DNA of 64,000 nt from Dimorphilus gyrociliatus (GCA_904063045.1 CAJFCJ010000010.1:1116001-1180000), one strand, 5' to 3'. Positions 12,723 through 26,146 are shown, counted from the stretch's first letter. Made by a program: numbers and translations. Notes: a model not told the origin generated them from the letters alone.

Positions 12723-15700
12723 ATGAAGACTCTTTCAAAGATTTTTTCTACATTCCTTTTCATTTTATCTCTAATATGCTTGATTCAAACTCAAGAACTC
12801 GTTCCAGTACCTGAATTATTTCTGGAAAAGTATGTTGGACGATGGTTTACGGTAATTATGTCATTTTCACGAAATTGTCTTGTCGATCTTCTTCTATAAA
12901 GGGAAAAATTCTTCTTCTCTTTTACAGGCCTACACAAGCCAATTCGTCATGGACACAACGCAAAGAGACGGTTTTTGTTCAACCGCAGATTGTAAGTTGA
13001 CGCTTTTTGTAAATTTTTGTGTGCAATATTTTACATAATACATTTGCTTTAGACGGTTTTAGATTAGATGGCAATGTTAGTGTCTTTAATGCTCAACGTA
13101 TCAGAGCTCCTGATGGACCTGCCAGAAATATTTCAGGCAAGGCTATTCCAAGCGAAAGAGTAGGAGTTTTCACTGTACGATTAAATGGCGTTCCAACACC
13201 ACCAGCCCCAAATTATTACGTCATAAAACTTGGACCGCAAACTTTTGGTCCAAATAAATTCTATGAATACGCAATAATAAGTGAACCAACAAGGCTAAAT
13301 TTGTTCGTCCTGGCGAGAAATATTTCTGATTTCAAGACAAGATTTGACGCGGAAGTAACAGATTTCTTACAGGCTGAGGGATTTAATCCCCCAGGAAATC
13401 CTTACGTAGAACAGTTCCAAGGATCCAGATGTATCTATCCGAAGAGCAGAGATATCGTGCCAGTAAACGAGCTAGAAGTTGACAGATATTATGGAAGATG
13501 GTACCAGGTAATTTTTTTCTTAATTTTCATTATAAAAAAGCATTTGACACTCTTCAAGCATTACTAAAGTGAGAGTAAAGAAAAACAGGAAGAATTTACT
13601 TTTAGAAATCTATATTTTGCTCTTTGTTTCTTCTTCCTAAAGGTTTATAGAAAGCGGCTCAGTTTTTCTTCCCGATATTACTAATTTAATCTGTTTCCTA
13701 TATTAGAATAGTTTAATGAATGAACCCTCAAGCAACAGATTCGTGTACATTAGCGCTAATTTGTATTCGTTGACCTATCGATTCAAAGTAGAAATATTAC
13801 AATCTCATAGAACTCGTAATTTCTAAAGATGTATAAAAATTATGTATTGTCTAAAGCACGTAGAGGGAGTATCTATTAGTTATAGCATCTAACAAAAGTG
13901 TAACATTTGTATTTTTGTTTCGATTTACTCTAGTAAATGTAATATTAATTTACTAATTATTTGAAAAAAACTAAACGTCTATTTCTAACAAGTATCAGCA
14001 ATGATAAGCATAATAAACCGCTTCTTTTAGGGTTTCGCAGAATACATTTTTAAGCAAGGCGTTTCTTCATTAATCAGATTCACTACAAGAGAAACAAAAA
14101 AAACGTTTCTATATTTTAAAGTAGATATGTTGCTGTAAATGAAGGACTTTTTTTAGATACTATTAAAGATATACTTGTATAGTATATACAGTCTATTCAT
14201 AAAGGTTATATTTCATTTAGATCATTAAAAATATAATACATGTATTTGCATCTAAGTGTTTTAAAAAATAGAAATGTAACTAATTACTTGTAATTAACTT
14301 GGCTTCTGATCAAAAATATAGCTTTTGATTAGGAAAGGATGAAACCTCATTAAATTAATATTTCTCTTAATTGACCGCACAATATTTGTATACTTTTTGT
14401 TTTTAAATCAAAGAAAAGAGACGAGACTGAGAAATATATGAAAATAATCTTTCAAAGTCAGTTAGTTTTTTATGCTACTATAACCTCTTTTAATACTTTA
14501 CAAACAACCGTCCATATAATAATAAAAAGCTTCCTGATAACCTAAAAACTTTTCTTTATTCCTTATTTTTCACTTGATTTTTTTTTTAGAATTTGAGTAA
14601 AATTTATTAACAGAAACAACAGGCATTTGTTTTATGTTTTCTCTTTATATAACTTTCCATTTATCCTATTTTAATATACTGTTTGTTTAAGTTGACATAG
14701 GTTATTAAAACTATGGCAATTTTCTTTCTGAAGTATATGATAGTACTAGTAAAATAATACTTGGTTACTTGTTTTAGTTGTAGCTATTTTAAAGTCAATT
14801 CTGTCCACATGTCTTCTCTCTCTCTCTCTCTCTCGGTTATTTATATAATAGCCAATATGAAAATAGGAACATTTTTTCTATTTCCTTTTTCCACTGATCT
14901 AGTAACTTAGGGAAGTACCTAATGTACATGATTATGAGTAGTATCTTTTATACTAAACCGATAGTTAATCAAAGAGATAAGGAAGACGATAAAGAATTCT
15001 TTTACCTTCTCTGAAAAATACTTTTTCGTCATTTCTTCGCATTCGCAATAGACCTTTATATTTTTCATTGTAAACTATATGAATTAAGAATGCAGCTATT
15101 TGTTTATATTTAGCATTACCGTTTATTGGAACTCTGAAAGTTAGTAAAAGCACTTAGCTAATCTTTTTCTAGTGAAAAGTTGAAAAACAAACTATACATA
15201 TACGTGTATACCTAGTTATCAATTGCTGACTTGAGAAAAAACTGTAAATTGTAAACAAGACCTTGAAGGTAGCTTCACATCAGAATGATTCATTAAACAA
15301 GAAAAAGAAGCTCTTCTTGAAGTTGGATTATATTATTATTTTTATAGTTATTTTTAGTGTTAGGTACAGTAAGTAAGAATATTTTCTTATTGTCTTACTA
15401 GAAATTAGTTAGAATTTCTAAAATTACCAATCATAAAAGGACATTCTACGATATTTTCATTAATTATATAATGGCACATATAGAGATATTTCATCGAATA
15501 TTCTTAATACTTTTTTATGTTTCTTCTAGATTTATGGAAGCAAATTTGTTTTGGATGGAGTACAAAGAAATGGGTTCTGCTCCGTAGCAATTTGTAAGTA
15601 ACATTATCACGTTATTTGCATCATAAACTATCAACAATAACAATAATAATACGTTTTAAACAGATGGACCATTGCCTGATGGAAATATTAGTGTATATAA

Positions 15701-16058
15701 TTACCAAAGACAAAATTCACCATCTGGTCCACCGTATGGCCTTGGAGGTATAGCTTATCCGTCAAATAGACCAGGAGTTTTAAGTGTGCAGTTAGCTGGT
15801 GTACCAAGAATTGCTCCTTATTGGGTAATTAAATTGGGTCCTAAAACTTTTGGATTCGATGGCTACTACGAATACGCTCTTGTCAGTGAACCAACAAAAC
15901 TAAACCTATTCGTTTTGGCTAGAAATGTTGATGACTTCAACCAGAGATTTGATCAAGAAGTTAGAGACTTTTTGGATGAGGAAGGATTTAATAGTGAAGA
16001 TAATCCTTATAGAAGAGTTGTCCATGGTGGAAATTGCGTTTATCCAGCATACAAATAA
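12723..16058 (+). CDS. Secreted tandem two-domain lipocalin A (ApoD/Blc-like), 5 exons, 368 aa
   Basis: Exons 12723-12851, 12928-12991, 13053-13507, 15530-15593, 15664-16058; all introns GT-AG, phases 0,1,0,1; 1107 nt total. Signal peptide MKTLSKIFSTFLFILSLICLIQTQ. Each domain has the lipocalin SCR1 motif (KYVGRWF, RYYGRWY), YY/YWVIKLGP, YEYA, SCR3-like LFVLAR and two Cys. Confidence 0.9.
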
Positions 16059-17280
16059 AATATTGGGTTTAAGGACAAAAGAAAGAAAGTATAGCAAAAT
16101 TAGGTTTAATCTTTAGAAAAATAGATAGTCATTTCAGATTTTTCACTACTTTATACATCGTTTAGCTCTGATTTAAGTGAAAATTTATTAAAATTTATAT
16201 TCATTATGTAAACCGAAACTAAATTACAATACATAAAAGTATAGCAGACGAAATTATTAGTAAATATGTAATAATATCCTGATATTACATAGGTAGAAAA
16301 TAAGCTATAATTTATTTCTTTATATCAAAAATTAATGAATATTATGTGTAGTGTAAAAATACCTATAAATATGCTTCATCATCCTGCCATTTCTTCATTT
16401 CCATTATCTATTTATAATTTAACGGTTTTAAAAAATTATAAAAATCATTTCCTTGATAAAGTCGTCTCTACCTATTTGTATACTCTTCTCTTCTGTTGCA
16501 TTCCTGCTAAGTTTAAAGCAGCTTTATTACTCTCTAGTCGTTATCTGAATTTTCTAGGTCTATACTATCCCTTACTCCTATTGATTTAACGCTTATATTG
16601 CTTCTTATGATCCGGCTGAGCCTACCATTCAGTTCTTTCAAAGTAAATTTTGATATGCTTTGAATTTTAAAAAAAAAACAATTTTAATTTGGAGAAATTA
16701 CGTAGGAGGGATACTGCTCTAGTGTGGGAAAGAAGTTGTCATTCATTTATTCTTGGATAAAGGCCAACAACCAATCGGAACCAGATTGGGCAAAGGGCTC
16801 TTTTCATTTTCGATTAGGAGTTTCGATATCAATGTAGCTATATGGTGTACTTTAGATATAGTTCACTGGCCGGCTATAATGATTTTAACGGACCCAAAAT
16901 TCTATATATAGAGCCTTGATGAACTATAAAGCAGAATTAGATAATTATAATGATTTAAAATGAGAAAATAATGATAAACTATTTTCCTAACATCTAACAT
17001 AATGTGCAATTAGAAGAAAATCTTAATTAATAGAAAACCTATTACCTAATTTGGATTACTGAGAATTATTCTTAATATAATGGTTATGTAATATTAACAA
17101 AGCAAAACATACGTGTATATACAGTATATATAGAGCTGGTTGCGTAATGCATGTTTTAAACTATAACTATTATGCAATAGTTATAGTAAATAAATAGAAC
17201 ACCAGGAGAATTATTCCGACTTTGTAAGAACAAGAACTTTTAATTAACTCCTTTAGAGAAATCATCTATTAAATTATTTA

Positions 17281-17313
<33 letters not shown>

Positions 17314-17488
17314 AGCATTTGTTATTGTGATCGTTGAACTTACAAGTGCGTAATTTGTAATTTAATCAGTGAGCGATATTAGAGTAAAAATCAACATATC
17401 CGTTCTAGATATTATTCAGAGACCCAATTTCTGGAGCTTTTATATGTAAAGAAGTGCTTTCAATCTGAACATTCTAGTTTATGCTAAG

Positions 17489-18853
17489 ATGTGGATCACA
17501 AGCGCTATAAAATCGTCATTTTTGTATATATTTTATAACACTGTGCTGAAGAATATTCAAGATGAAGTGATACCAGTCAAAGAATTTAATGTTGACAAAT
17601 ATTATGGTAGATGGTATCAGGTGGCGTTATATTTTATCTTCAATCTTCTCCATATTTAATATTCCACTGTTTTTAGCTATACGCAAGTAGTTTTGTTATG
17701 GATACTATAGAGAGAAATGGAGTATGCCCATTTGTTGACTGTAAATAAACTCTTATATAATTATTAATATGAATATAGATATAAATTATTTAAATTTTAC
17801 AGATGGTCCTCTTCCAGATAATAAGATAAGTGTCCTTAATTCTATGAGGCTTAAAGAGCCTAAGGGGAAGGAAGTTAACGTTTCAGGCTATGCCTATCCG
17901 ACAAAGAGAACAGGAATTCTTAAAGTAAAGTTTAAGTCCATTCCAATTGAGGGAAATTATTGGATAGTTAAGCTGGGCCCTCAAGCTTTCGGGGAGAAAA
18001 ATCTCTATGAATACTCTATAATCACTGATCCTACAAGGTTATTCATGTGGGTTATTGCCAGGGATCCAGTTACATTTAAAAAAAAATATGATAAAGAAGT
18101 TAGAGAGTATTTGAAAAAGGAGGGTTTTAATAGATTTTTTAATCGTTTCGTTGAGAACTATCAGAAGGGAGATTGTCTTTATGGAGGAGAGAAAAATCAA
18201 CTAGACTCTAACAACAAACCGATAGTTCCAGTAAATGAAGTTAACCTAAAAAAATATATTGGCAGATGGTATCAGGTAATCAAATTGTTTCTGTTATTTG
18301 GTAGACTAAATTTGAGATATAATAGGCCTATGCTTCAAAATTTGCCATTGAAAGAACGGAAAGAAACGGTTTCTGCTGCACTGCTGATTGTAAATATTCC
18401 TATTCCTTAAAATTTTAATGTATTTCAAAATGTAAATTATATAAAAAATCTTTTATAGATAAAATCCTTAGCGAGAGTTCAATTAGTGTCTTCAACGCTA
18501 TGAGAATAGGATCACCTACAGGACCTCCATCTAATATTTCCGGCTATGCCTATACAACAGACAGGCCTGGTGTTTTAAAGGTGAAATTCTACCGAATTCC
18601 GTATCCGGGAAATTACTGGATAATAAAGCTAGGACCTAAAATATATGGAAGTGAAGGATTATACGAATATGCGATTGTTAGCGAGCCAACTAAACGCAAT
18701 TTGTTTGTATTAGCAAGAGATCCAGAAAGTTTTTTCGACAAATATGACAAAGAAGTAAGGGATTTCCTAATTTCTCAAGGATTCAATAACCCTAAAAATC
18801 CTATTGTCCGTACTTTTGAGGGATCAGACTGTATTTATCCGCCTACAATTTAG
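17489..18853 (+). CDS. Tandem two-domain lipocalin B, 5 exons, 375 aa
   Basis: Exons 17489-17620, 17677-17740, 17803-18275, 18326-18389, 18459-18853; introns of 56, 62, 50 and 69 nt; same phases as gene A; 1128 nt total. Motifs KYYGRWYQ and KYIGRWYQ, YWIVKLGP, YEYS/AI, VIARD/VLARD. The start codon is less certain because the N-terminal hydrophobic core is weak. Confidence 0.87.
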
Positions 18854-20803
18854 AGGAATAATTTAAAAGTTACTACTTAGGTATGTTTCCAGGAAATAAT
18901 ACGCTATATTAATCATAAAACATCTCAAAAAATAACAAGAAAAACAACACGTAAGCTGTATTCTGTATATAGTTCTGCGTTTTATGCAATTCCTACGAAC
19001 AATGGTTTTATGTTTTATAAAATATAAAAATACATATAATACTCTGCTAATGGGACAAGTTTTTTACTCTAAAGAACGCTGTAACGTATAAAGTTCTCAA
19101 TTCATTTAGGAGAAAGACACAGGCATATCTTTCTTTGTAGTTTAATGCACAAACTTTTTTCTAAATTAATATGTACTTGGGCCCTCTTGCGGTCAAACCC
19201 GACGTATTAAGTATTATTACCTTTGTCACTTTATATCTTGACCTTGACATACTTTTAGATACAGAATTTTACCACATTTTCTGAAAATGCCCTTACTGAC
19301 AGTGACAAGCTTTGCGAAACTAAAGAACAAACTGCCTTAAGATAAAAGTAGAATGCTATTATTTAAAAATTTTTCATCTTATTATATACAAAGTATTCGT
19401 TATAATACTGAATTCTTCGTGATTAGTATTTCTAACTAATTAGCACACGTTATACGTTTTTTTTAAATAAAACACCAAAATCTTCTGGTGACTTCTTAAC
19501 AAAAGCTTACCTAGAAAATTTTCTTTACAGAATCGTTCTTATTTCCCAGCCGCAACTTACCCGGAAATACAATATCCTTCATAAATTCAAATTTACATAA
19601 GTCGTTATTCCTCGAAAAAAATTCTATGGGTAATCTCAAAGAGGGCGTCTCTAGGCTGTCTAGGCTAGTGACTCCTGTCGGCTTTTTCAAAGAAGAAAGT
19701 TTCAGGTTTTTCTTTAAATATGTCAGATTATTGAATTGTTAGATAAACTTGGCGAATATTTTAAAGAAAACAAGTATAGTTCATCCTGCGTAAATTATGT
19801 TTATAAGCTTTTCCTCTTTGTTTGTTATTTTCCAAGGTAAATATATTTTTAGAAGCTTTAGGAAAAGATTGACAAATTCAATTTGATTAATTATGATTTC
19901 TATCAATATTTATACCCGGAAAACCTAATTTAAAAAGTAATACGTACTGACATCCAAAAGATGGAGGAAAGAGTGTTTACTAATGTTATAAAATACTATA
20001 ATGGGAAAAGGAATATTAAATTGCATATTTCGTCATATTAATCTCTACTAAAATAAAGCTAGATGAAATATCCTTATCTTGCAAAATCTAAGCTGCATAT
20101 ATAAATACAGAATATATAAATCTATGTATTATCATTTTAAATACTCATTCTCTTTATTATAAAACAAAAACACACTATTTTTGTATGTTGTTGTATATAG
20201 TATATTAATATTTATTTGAAATAGATGAATACATATATAATTTGTTGATTATAATAACAAAACTATAACAACAATAACAATAACAAATGATCATAAATCC
20301 TAATTATCTCTTAGCAGATTTTTTACTTCTATTCACCAGTTTTTATACATACATATGAAAAGGTATAAAGTGATATTTATCTGGAATGATCTACTATGAG
20401 ACCTCTCTATCCAAACATCCTCTCTCCCCTTATAATAGAAAGAAAGAGAAGAAAGAGAATTCTTTATAGAATATAATTCTTCAAAATTGATATTCTTTAT
20501 TTTTAAATTATATGTCTTTTTGCATTATTGGTCTAATAAGATGTAATCTTAGTATTTTATATAATAAGTGAAATCTAAATGCAAACAATACAACATAATA
20601 TACTTTTCTATATTTATAAATTTTTTATATAAATAAGTCCGCTTTATTTAGAACAATAGTTAATTTACTGCAAATATCTCTTCATTTTACCTTTCCACTG
20701 TCAGCTATGAGGCTATCTTTTAAAATGTTTATCTTCTCACAATATACAGCAGAACTGGATATAAAAAAAAACTGATAGGATAAAAAGAATGAATTCAAGC
20801 AAA

Positions 20804-20808
<5 letters not shown>

Positions 20809-20840
<32 letters not shown>
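20809..20840. repeat. (CT)16 microsatellite
   Basis: Direct reading. Confidence 0.95.
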
Positions 20841-20843
<3 letters not shown>

Positions 20844-22162
20844 CCTATTCAAATAGAATAGTTAAAAATAATCCATTATTCTATTAAATAAGCTAAATGA
20901 AAATTTAAGATTCTAAACGAGAAAGAAGTAAATGTTAAATTTTTCAATTAAGTTTACTTCTAAGTAAATTTTTAATAAACATTTTAAAGATTGCGAATTA
21001 CGTAAATGGTAATTTTTTTCTCTCTAATCCTAAAATATGAGAAGATTAATTTGATATTGTATCGGAAAATGTATATTCTATTGATTTTATGTAAAGATAG
21101 CCTCTAATTTATCCAAGTCGAAGCAAATAGCAAATTAACTTCGACGAATACGTATTTGACGTACTTTTAAAGATTTATTTTAGACAAAAAAAACTAAAAC
21201 AAAATCAATCTATCTGCTCTCTTTTTTGTAAAATAACTTTCTTTTTATAGTATATAATTGAGAATGAGTGGGGAGGAAATCTATAACAAAATTATAGAAA
21301 ATTGAACAAAAATTATTTGTATACAATAATTCACCTCTTTGTCTAGAAAAATATTCTAGAAGATAATTGAGGTTACTGTTTGAAAGTCATCAACAGCCAT
21401 TTGTCCTCTTTTTAAAGTAGGTACCTACGAATAAATTTTCTATTTTTGGTTTACTGAGAACCGTTAATTGTTCATTTATGCTAAGCCGTGATTGAAATAT
21501 AATAATCAGTTACATCAATATATGGTTCTTAATATTAGTTACATTTGTATACACTGTATAAGAAAACCATTAACTCTCTTGAAGATAAGGAAGATATACT
21601 ACTGTATATTATTGTTCTTCTTGCTATTTTTTCAAGTAAATACCCTTTTTTAAACACTTTTCGTGTTTCCTTTTGTATGAATTATCACTCTAAATGTCAA
21701 TTTCTTCGGATTAATTACGAAAACAGCTCAGGATCGTTTAGACTGATGAAAAGCACTTACGTAAATACATATTTACTGTAAACCTTTTATTCTCTGTTAT
21801 TGTTTTGCTTCTATCTTACACGTCTGTATAGCTCGCTGCGGTTTCAAACCTTTGATTAACGTTATATTAAGATTTTTTTCTATATATGGTAGAAAGAAAT
21901 AGCATTTCATCTTTAGTGATCTAATATTTGACTTTAGAAATTCTATACTATCATTTAAATGTTCTTTTATTTTTTGAAAAGTTGTCATGTTGTGTAAAAC
22001 GAGAAATTTTTTAATCTAGACTATATGTCAGAGCATAAATCTTCTCTAATTTCTTTCTCTACCGAGAGCAATATTTATTAATTTGCCAGTGAATGAGTGA
22101 TTTGCATATGTAGGCACCGCCCAGTTTCCATAACCGCTTACCACAGTTAAAGCATTGAAACC

Positions 22163-22621
22163 ATGCTTGGCACTCTCATACTAACCGTTTATATTTTGTC
22201 AAGCGTTATCTGTCTCCCTGCCTTGAATGAACAACAGGTGGAGGACAGCTATTCAAGATATCCATCAAACGAGATGTATCACGAAGATTTCAAGAGATTG
22301 GGAAATTTTGGTGTCAAGAGAGAGTTGGGACCTTTTCAAATTGATAAGAAGCTTGGAGGATTTGGAGTGAAAAGATTGGGAAATTTCGGAGTGAAGAGAT
22401 TGGGAAACTTTGGAGTGAAAAGATTGGGAAACTTTGGAGTAAAGAGATTGGGAGATTTTGGAGTGAAAAGATTGGGAAACTTTGGAGTGAAGAGATTGGG
22501 AGATTTTGGAGTGAAAAGATTGGGAAACTTTGGAGTGAAGAGATTGGCTGGTTTTAATGTAAAAAGGAGTTCGGATCTAGCTAATCTATTGGCAATTCTA
22601 AGGGACTGTAAACAATGCTAA
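22163..22621 (+). CDS. Neuropeptide precursor 1 (LGNFGV/LGDFGV hexapeptides, FCAP-like core), 152 aa
   Basis: Signal peptide MLGTLILTVYILSSVIC. KR/KK-flanked peptides: LGNFGV x6, LGDFGV x2, LGGFGV, LAGFNV and ELGPFQID. C-terminal peptide SSDLANLLAILRDCKQC. No Gly precedes the dibasic sites, so the peptides are not amidated. Confidence 0.9.
   Translation: MLGTLILTVYILSSVICLPALNEQQVEDSYSRYPSNEMYHEDFKRLGNFGVKRELGPFQIDKKLGGFGVKRLGNFGVKRLGNFGVKRLGNFGVKRLGDFGVKRLGNFGVKRLGDFGVKRLGNFGVKRLAGFNVKRSSDLANLLAILRDCKQC
22352..22567 (+). repeat. Coding 24-nt tandem repeat, 9 units each encoding LxxFxVKR
   Basis: Unit consensus TTG GGA AAC TTT GGA GTG AAR AGA. 22448-22495 and 22496-22543 are identical 48-nt blocks. 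Confidence 0.95.
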
Positions 22622-22718
22622 AAATACTAATAATTTTATCAAAATAGTTTTTTGAGAAAATTCATTATTTGGAAACAATAAAGTATGTAGAAATATTTAA
22701 AACCATATGTTCTGTCCG

Positions 22719-22751
<33 letters not shown>

Positions 22752-22753
22752 GC

Positions 22754-22799
22754 ATATACAGTATATACAGTATATACAGTATATACAGCATATATACAG
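22754..22799. repeat. TATATACAG 9-nt tandem repeat (about 5 units) next to a (TA)n run
   Basis: Three perfect adjacent units at 22762-22788, a partial unit at 22754-22761 and one more unit at 22791-22799, downstream of precursor 1. Confidence 0.85.
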
Positions 22800-25700
22800 T
22801 ATATATATCTATACTATATTCTGTGTAAAGCATACACGATATGGATAGAAATGTTTCAACTTCTGTGATTTATCTCTAGACAAAAAAAAGATACTATAAT
22901 TCTATTAAAAGAAGAACTTTTTATTTGTTATAGAATTTTTTTCTTTCTTTCTCTTTTCTCTTGAACATAATCTTCCTATATTTTTATTTTTGGCAATTTT
23001 ACTTCTTTAAATATAACATAAATACTCTGTTAAATTCATCAATAAAGTCGAATAACTCTATCTGTTTCATTCAGTTATTTCAGTCTTTCCATAATATCTT
23101 ACTAGTAAAGTATTAATAACAACACACATTTAAGACATGGCTATATACTATGCCATTGTTATATAGTCTGCCATTGTTATATACTATGTTATTGTTATAT
23201 ACTATATACATATTATATATACATTTTTTTTTTCAGTAAATTTTTAATCTCTACAACTAAAGAGGGCGCTTTTATGTAGGAAATGACAGATAGCTAAAAC
23301 AAAATAACAGTAATGTAAAATCATCCGCATTTGATAATAGAAGTTGTTTTGTATTGATTTCAGACTCTGATAAATTTCATTATAATATTTTGGTAACAGA
23401 CAAACAGTATTAAAAAAGTCATAGGTTTTTCAAGGATAAAAAAGTTACATGTTCGCCAAGAATAACTGAACATCATCGTTTTAATTAAAAAAATAATCTA
23501 CTATATATTGTATTAAAAGTGATACAGGAATTGAAATATAAAATAAGATATAGGTGTGGATAATTTAAGGAAAAGTAAAAATAAAATATAAAAGGGAATT
23601 AGTATTAGATTCCTCCTATCCTACTATCATTGATAGGACTATAACATAGAATATTTCTCTTCCTTGATCTATAGAAAAATTTGATTAAATATAAGATATA
23701 TAATTTTTCAGTATAGAAATTTACTATATTAGAGTACATATATTATATATAGATACATTTACATAAAAATATTTAGGTGTTTACTGCTTATTCTAACATA
23801 CGTAATCTACTGTAAATACATTTTGTATAGTGTAATATAGTAATAAAAAAACTCTGTAGGTAAGTATAATTATTGAACTAAGATGAAAACTCTATAAGAT
23901 ACAAAAAATTAACGTTTTATGGTTTAAATTGTGTATTCTGGAGAATATACCTTAGATTATGAATTTTCTAGGATTAACTATAAATCAGTTAACAGAATTT
24001 ACATATATATACTAAAAAAATATGTTTTAAAGTAAGAAAAACAATTATATATAGAAGGAAAATATTTTAACTATCTTGTTTAATAAGTTATTTACATTGA
24101 CTTACAACTTTGAATGTACTTGATGAAGGGAATATAAGGAGAAAACCATTATTCTAATAACAAGGCCCACCCCTTTTATTAGATTGGGTTGCTATGTTAA
24201 AGAAAGGTGTGAGAGAAAGAAAGTTTTCAAACGAAGTGTCTATTTTATGAGAATGAGAAATTTTCTTTTTGTAAGCTTGCTGAAGAAATATATTTAGCTA
24301 TTCGAGATAATAAAAAAATAGGTTAAATGTAAAATGAGATAATTAGACATAGGCCTATCTATAGAATAAAACTTGAATATATAATAGATCTTAGTTATAA
24401 AAGTTTTCAAAGAAAAAAGAGATTATATATTAATATTTATAGATATCACATTCAAAATCTTAAACGTTTTTAGACTTTAGCGTCAGATCAATTTACTTTC
24501 TGTTCTTTTTCCCAGCTGAGCTTTAAGAATTTACTAAATAAGATAAAAAAAGGAGCAGACAGATAATGTTTTTAATGTTTTCCTATCGAATAATCATTTA
24601 TTTAGCATCTTCTTCGTGTTTCTGGGTTTTTTACGAACTAGTAAATAATTTCCATACATACAGTTCATGATAGATTCCTGTTAGATGATGTACTTCTTAA
24701 AGCCTTTTTCATCTATTACACTCTTCATATGTTTATTTGACGGTTTACTATCTTAAATTAAGTATTATTGATGATTAATCATTATTTATTTAACTTATAC
24801 AATCCATAAATGTCTTTTCTAAGATTCCATTACGCTAAAAAGAGGAATCTATATAGATTTCACCATCTATATTTGCGAAAGCATTCAGGTTTCAAAAGCA
24901 CAATGCTATTTCTAACAAAACCTTTATTAGATGAATCAACAACAATTATACATATATATATATAATATTTTTAATCTATTATTGAAAAATCTACACTAAT
25001 TTGAAATAATAATCACAAAACAAGAACTATTTCTCTCTTGTTCGTCTCTTAATAAAATCTATTTATGTTTGGAGAATTCAAATTAACAACTACTAAAGTT
25101 ACGTTTAAAAGAATTGCGCTAAAATAAGAAATTGAAAGATGCTAAATAGATGTAATTTAAACTGTAGAATCATTATATATTTGTATAATCATCAATATGA
25201 CAAACTCTTTCTAGAATATATCGCCAAATGAATTCTAATTGAGCATGAATTTGTAAGTTCTAAAGATAATTTTCTTTGTTATGATCATTTTCTTATATAG
25301 ATTATTAGATTTTTTAAGATGTGATATTACATCTACAAAAAATGGTATTGACAAAACTATAGCAATACAATTGCAGATCAGACTCTCCTTTCGTCAATTA
25401 AGAGGGTAAATGATTAAAAATTAACGACATTAATTAATAGGAAATGTATATATTATTATTTTTTAATTTATTAATTTTCATTAAAACTTCTTCACTTTTA
25501 TTTGACTAATTTTTTTTATTACTGTATTAATAATTAGGTCAAAATTCATTAAATTAATTTATTCACAGCATTTATAGTCCTTATATGTAGTTGAATACAT
25601 TTACAAATCTCTTCTGAATGACAATATATTAAGCATAAATAATAGGTAACGCTGTTGAGTGGAAAAAAGTGAAAACAAAACAGAGAAAGAAAACAACCCT

Positions 25701-26094
25701 TGATTGCTTTTAATAATTTATTACTAATGCTACCATAAAAATAATATCTTAAACATTATTATGATTTTATTAATAGTTTGTCATTTATTTTCTTACATGC
25801 AAATGGTGTATACAGCATATTTTTAGATTAAAAAATTTTCTATATTATATTTATACATTTTACTTGTTACTTAAAGTAGACTTTTACCAGCATAATCTAG
25901 CATAATAAACAACTTTGAAGATTTCATTGTTTGAAGTTGAGAATACATTATAGCTGAGTTAAATTTTCTATTTGTAAAATGACCCTTTTTACTCTTCTAT
26001 CGGTTCACGTTTTCTGCCTATCTATGTATCTCGTTCTCTTTTTTCTCTCTCTATCTTCTTGTATTTCTTTCTTTCCAAACACTCACTAACTCTG

Positions 26095-26096
<2 letters not shown>

Positions 26097-26142
<46 letters not shown>
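26097..26142. repeat. (TC)23 microsatellite
   Basis: Direct reading. Confidence 0.95.

Positions 26143-26146
<4 letters not shown>

Noticed and set aside
15906-16116. Overlapping ORFs 15906-16097 (-) and 15925-16116 (+)
   Set aside because: Antisense and alternative frames of lipocalin A exon 5.
16700-16900. GC-richer patch with GYCSSV, reminiscent of a LINE reverse-transcriptase C-terminal motif
   Set aside because: Only six residues match, with no extended frame or other RT motifs. A repeat-library search would be needed.
19230-19690. Minus-strand donor (19560) and possible small exons downstream of lipocalin B
   Set aside because: The joined translation (MKDIVFPGSLFF...) is short and unrecognisable. 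It could be promoter-associated or non-coding, and I cannot support a gene.
22352-22567. Regular short repeats resembling a CRISPR array
   Set aside because: The units are directly adjacent with no unique spacers, they are in-frame coding repeats of a neuropeptide, and the genome is eukaryotic with no cas genes.
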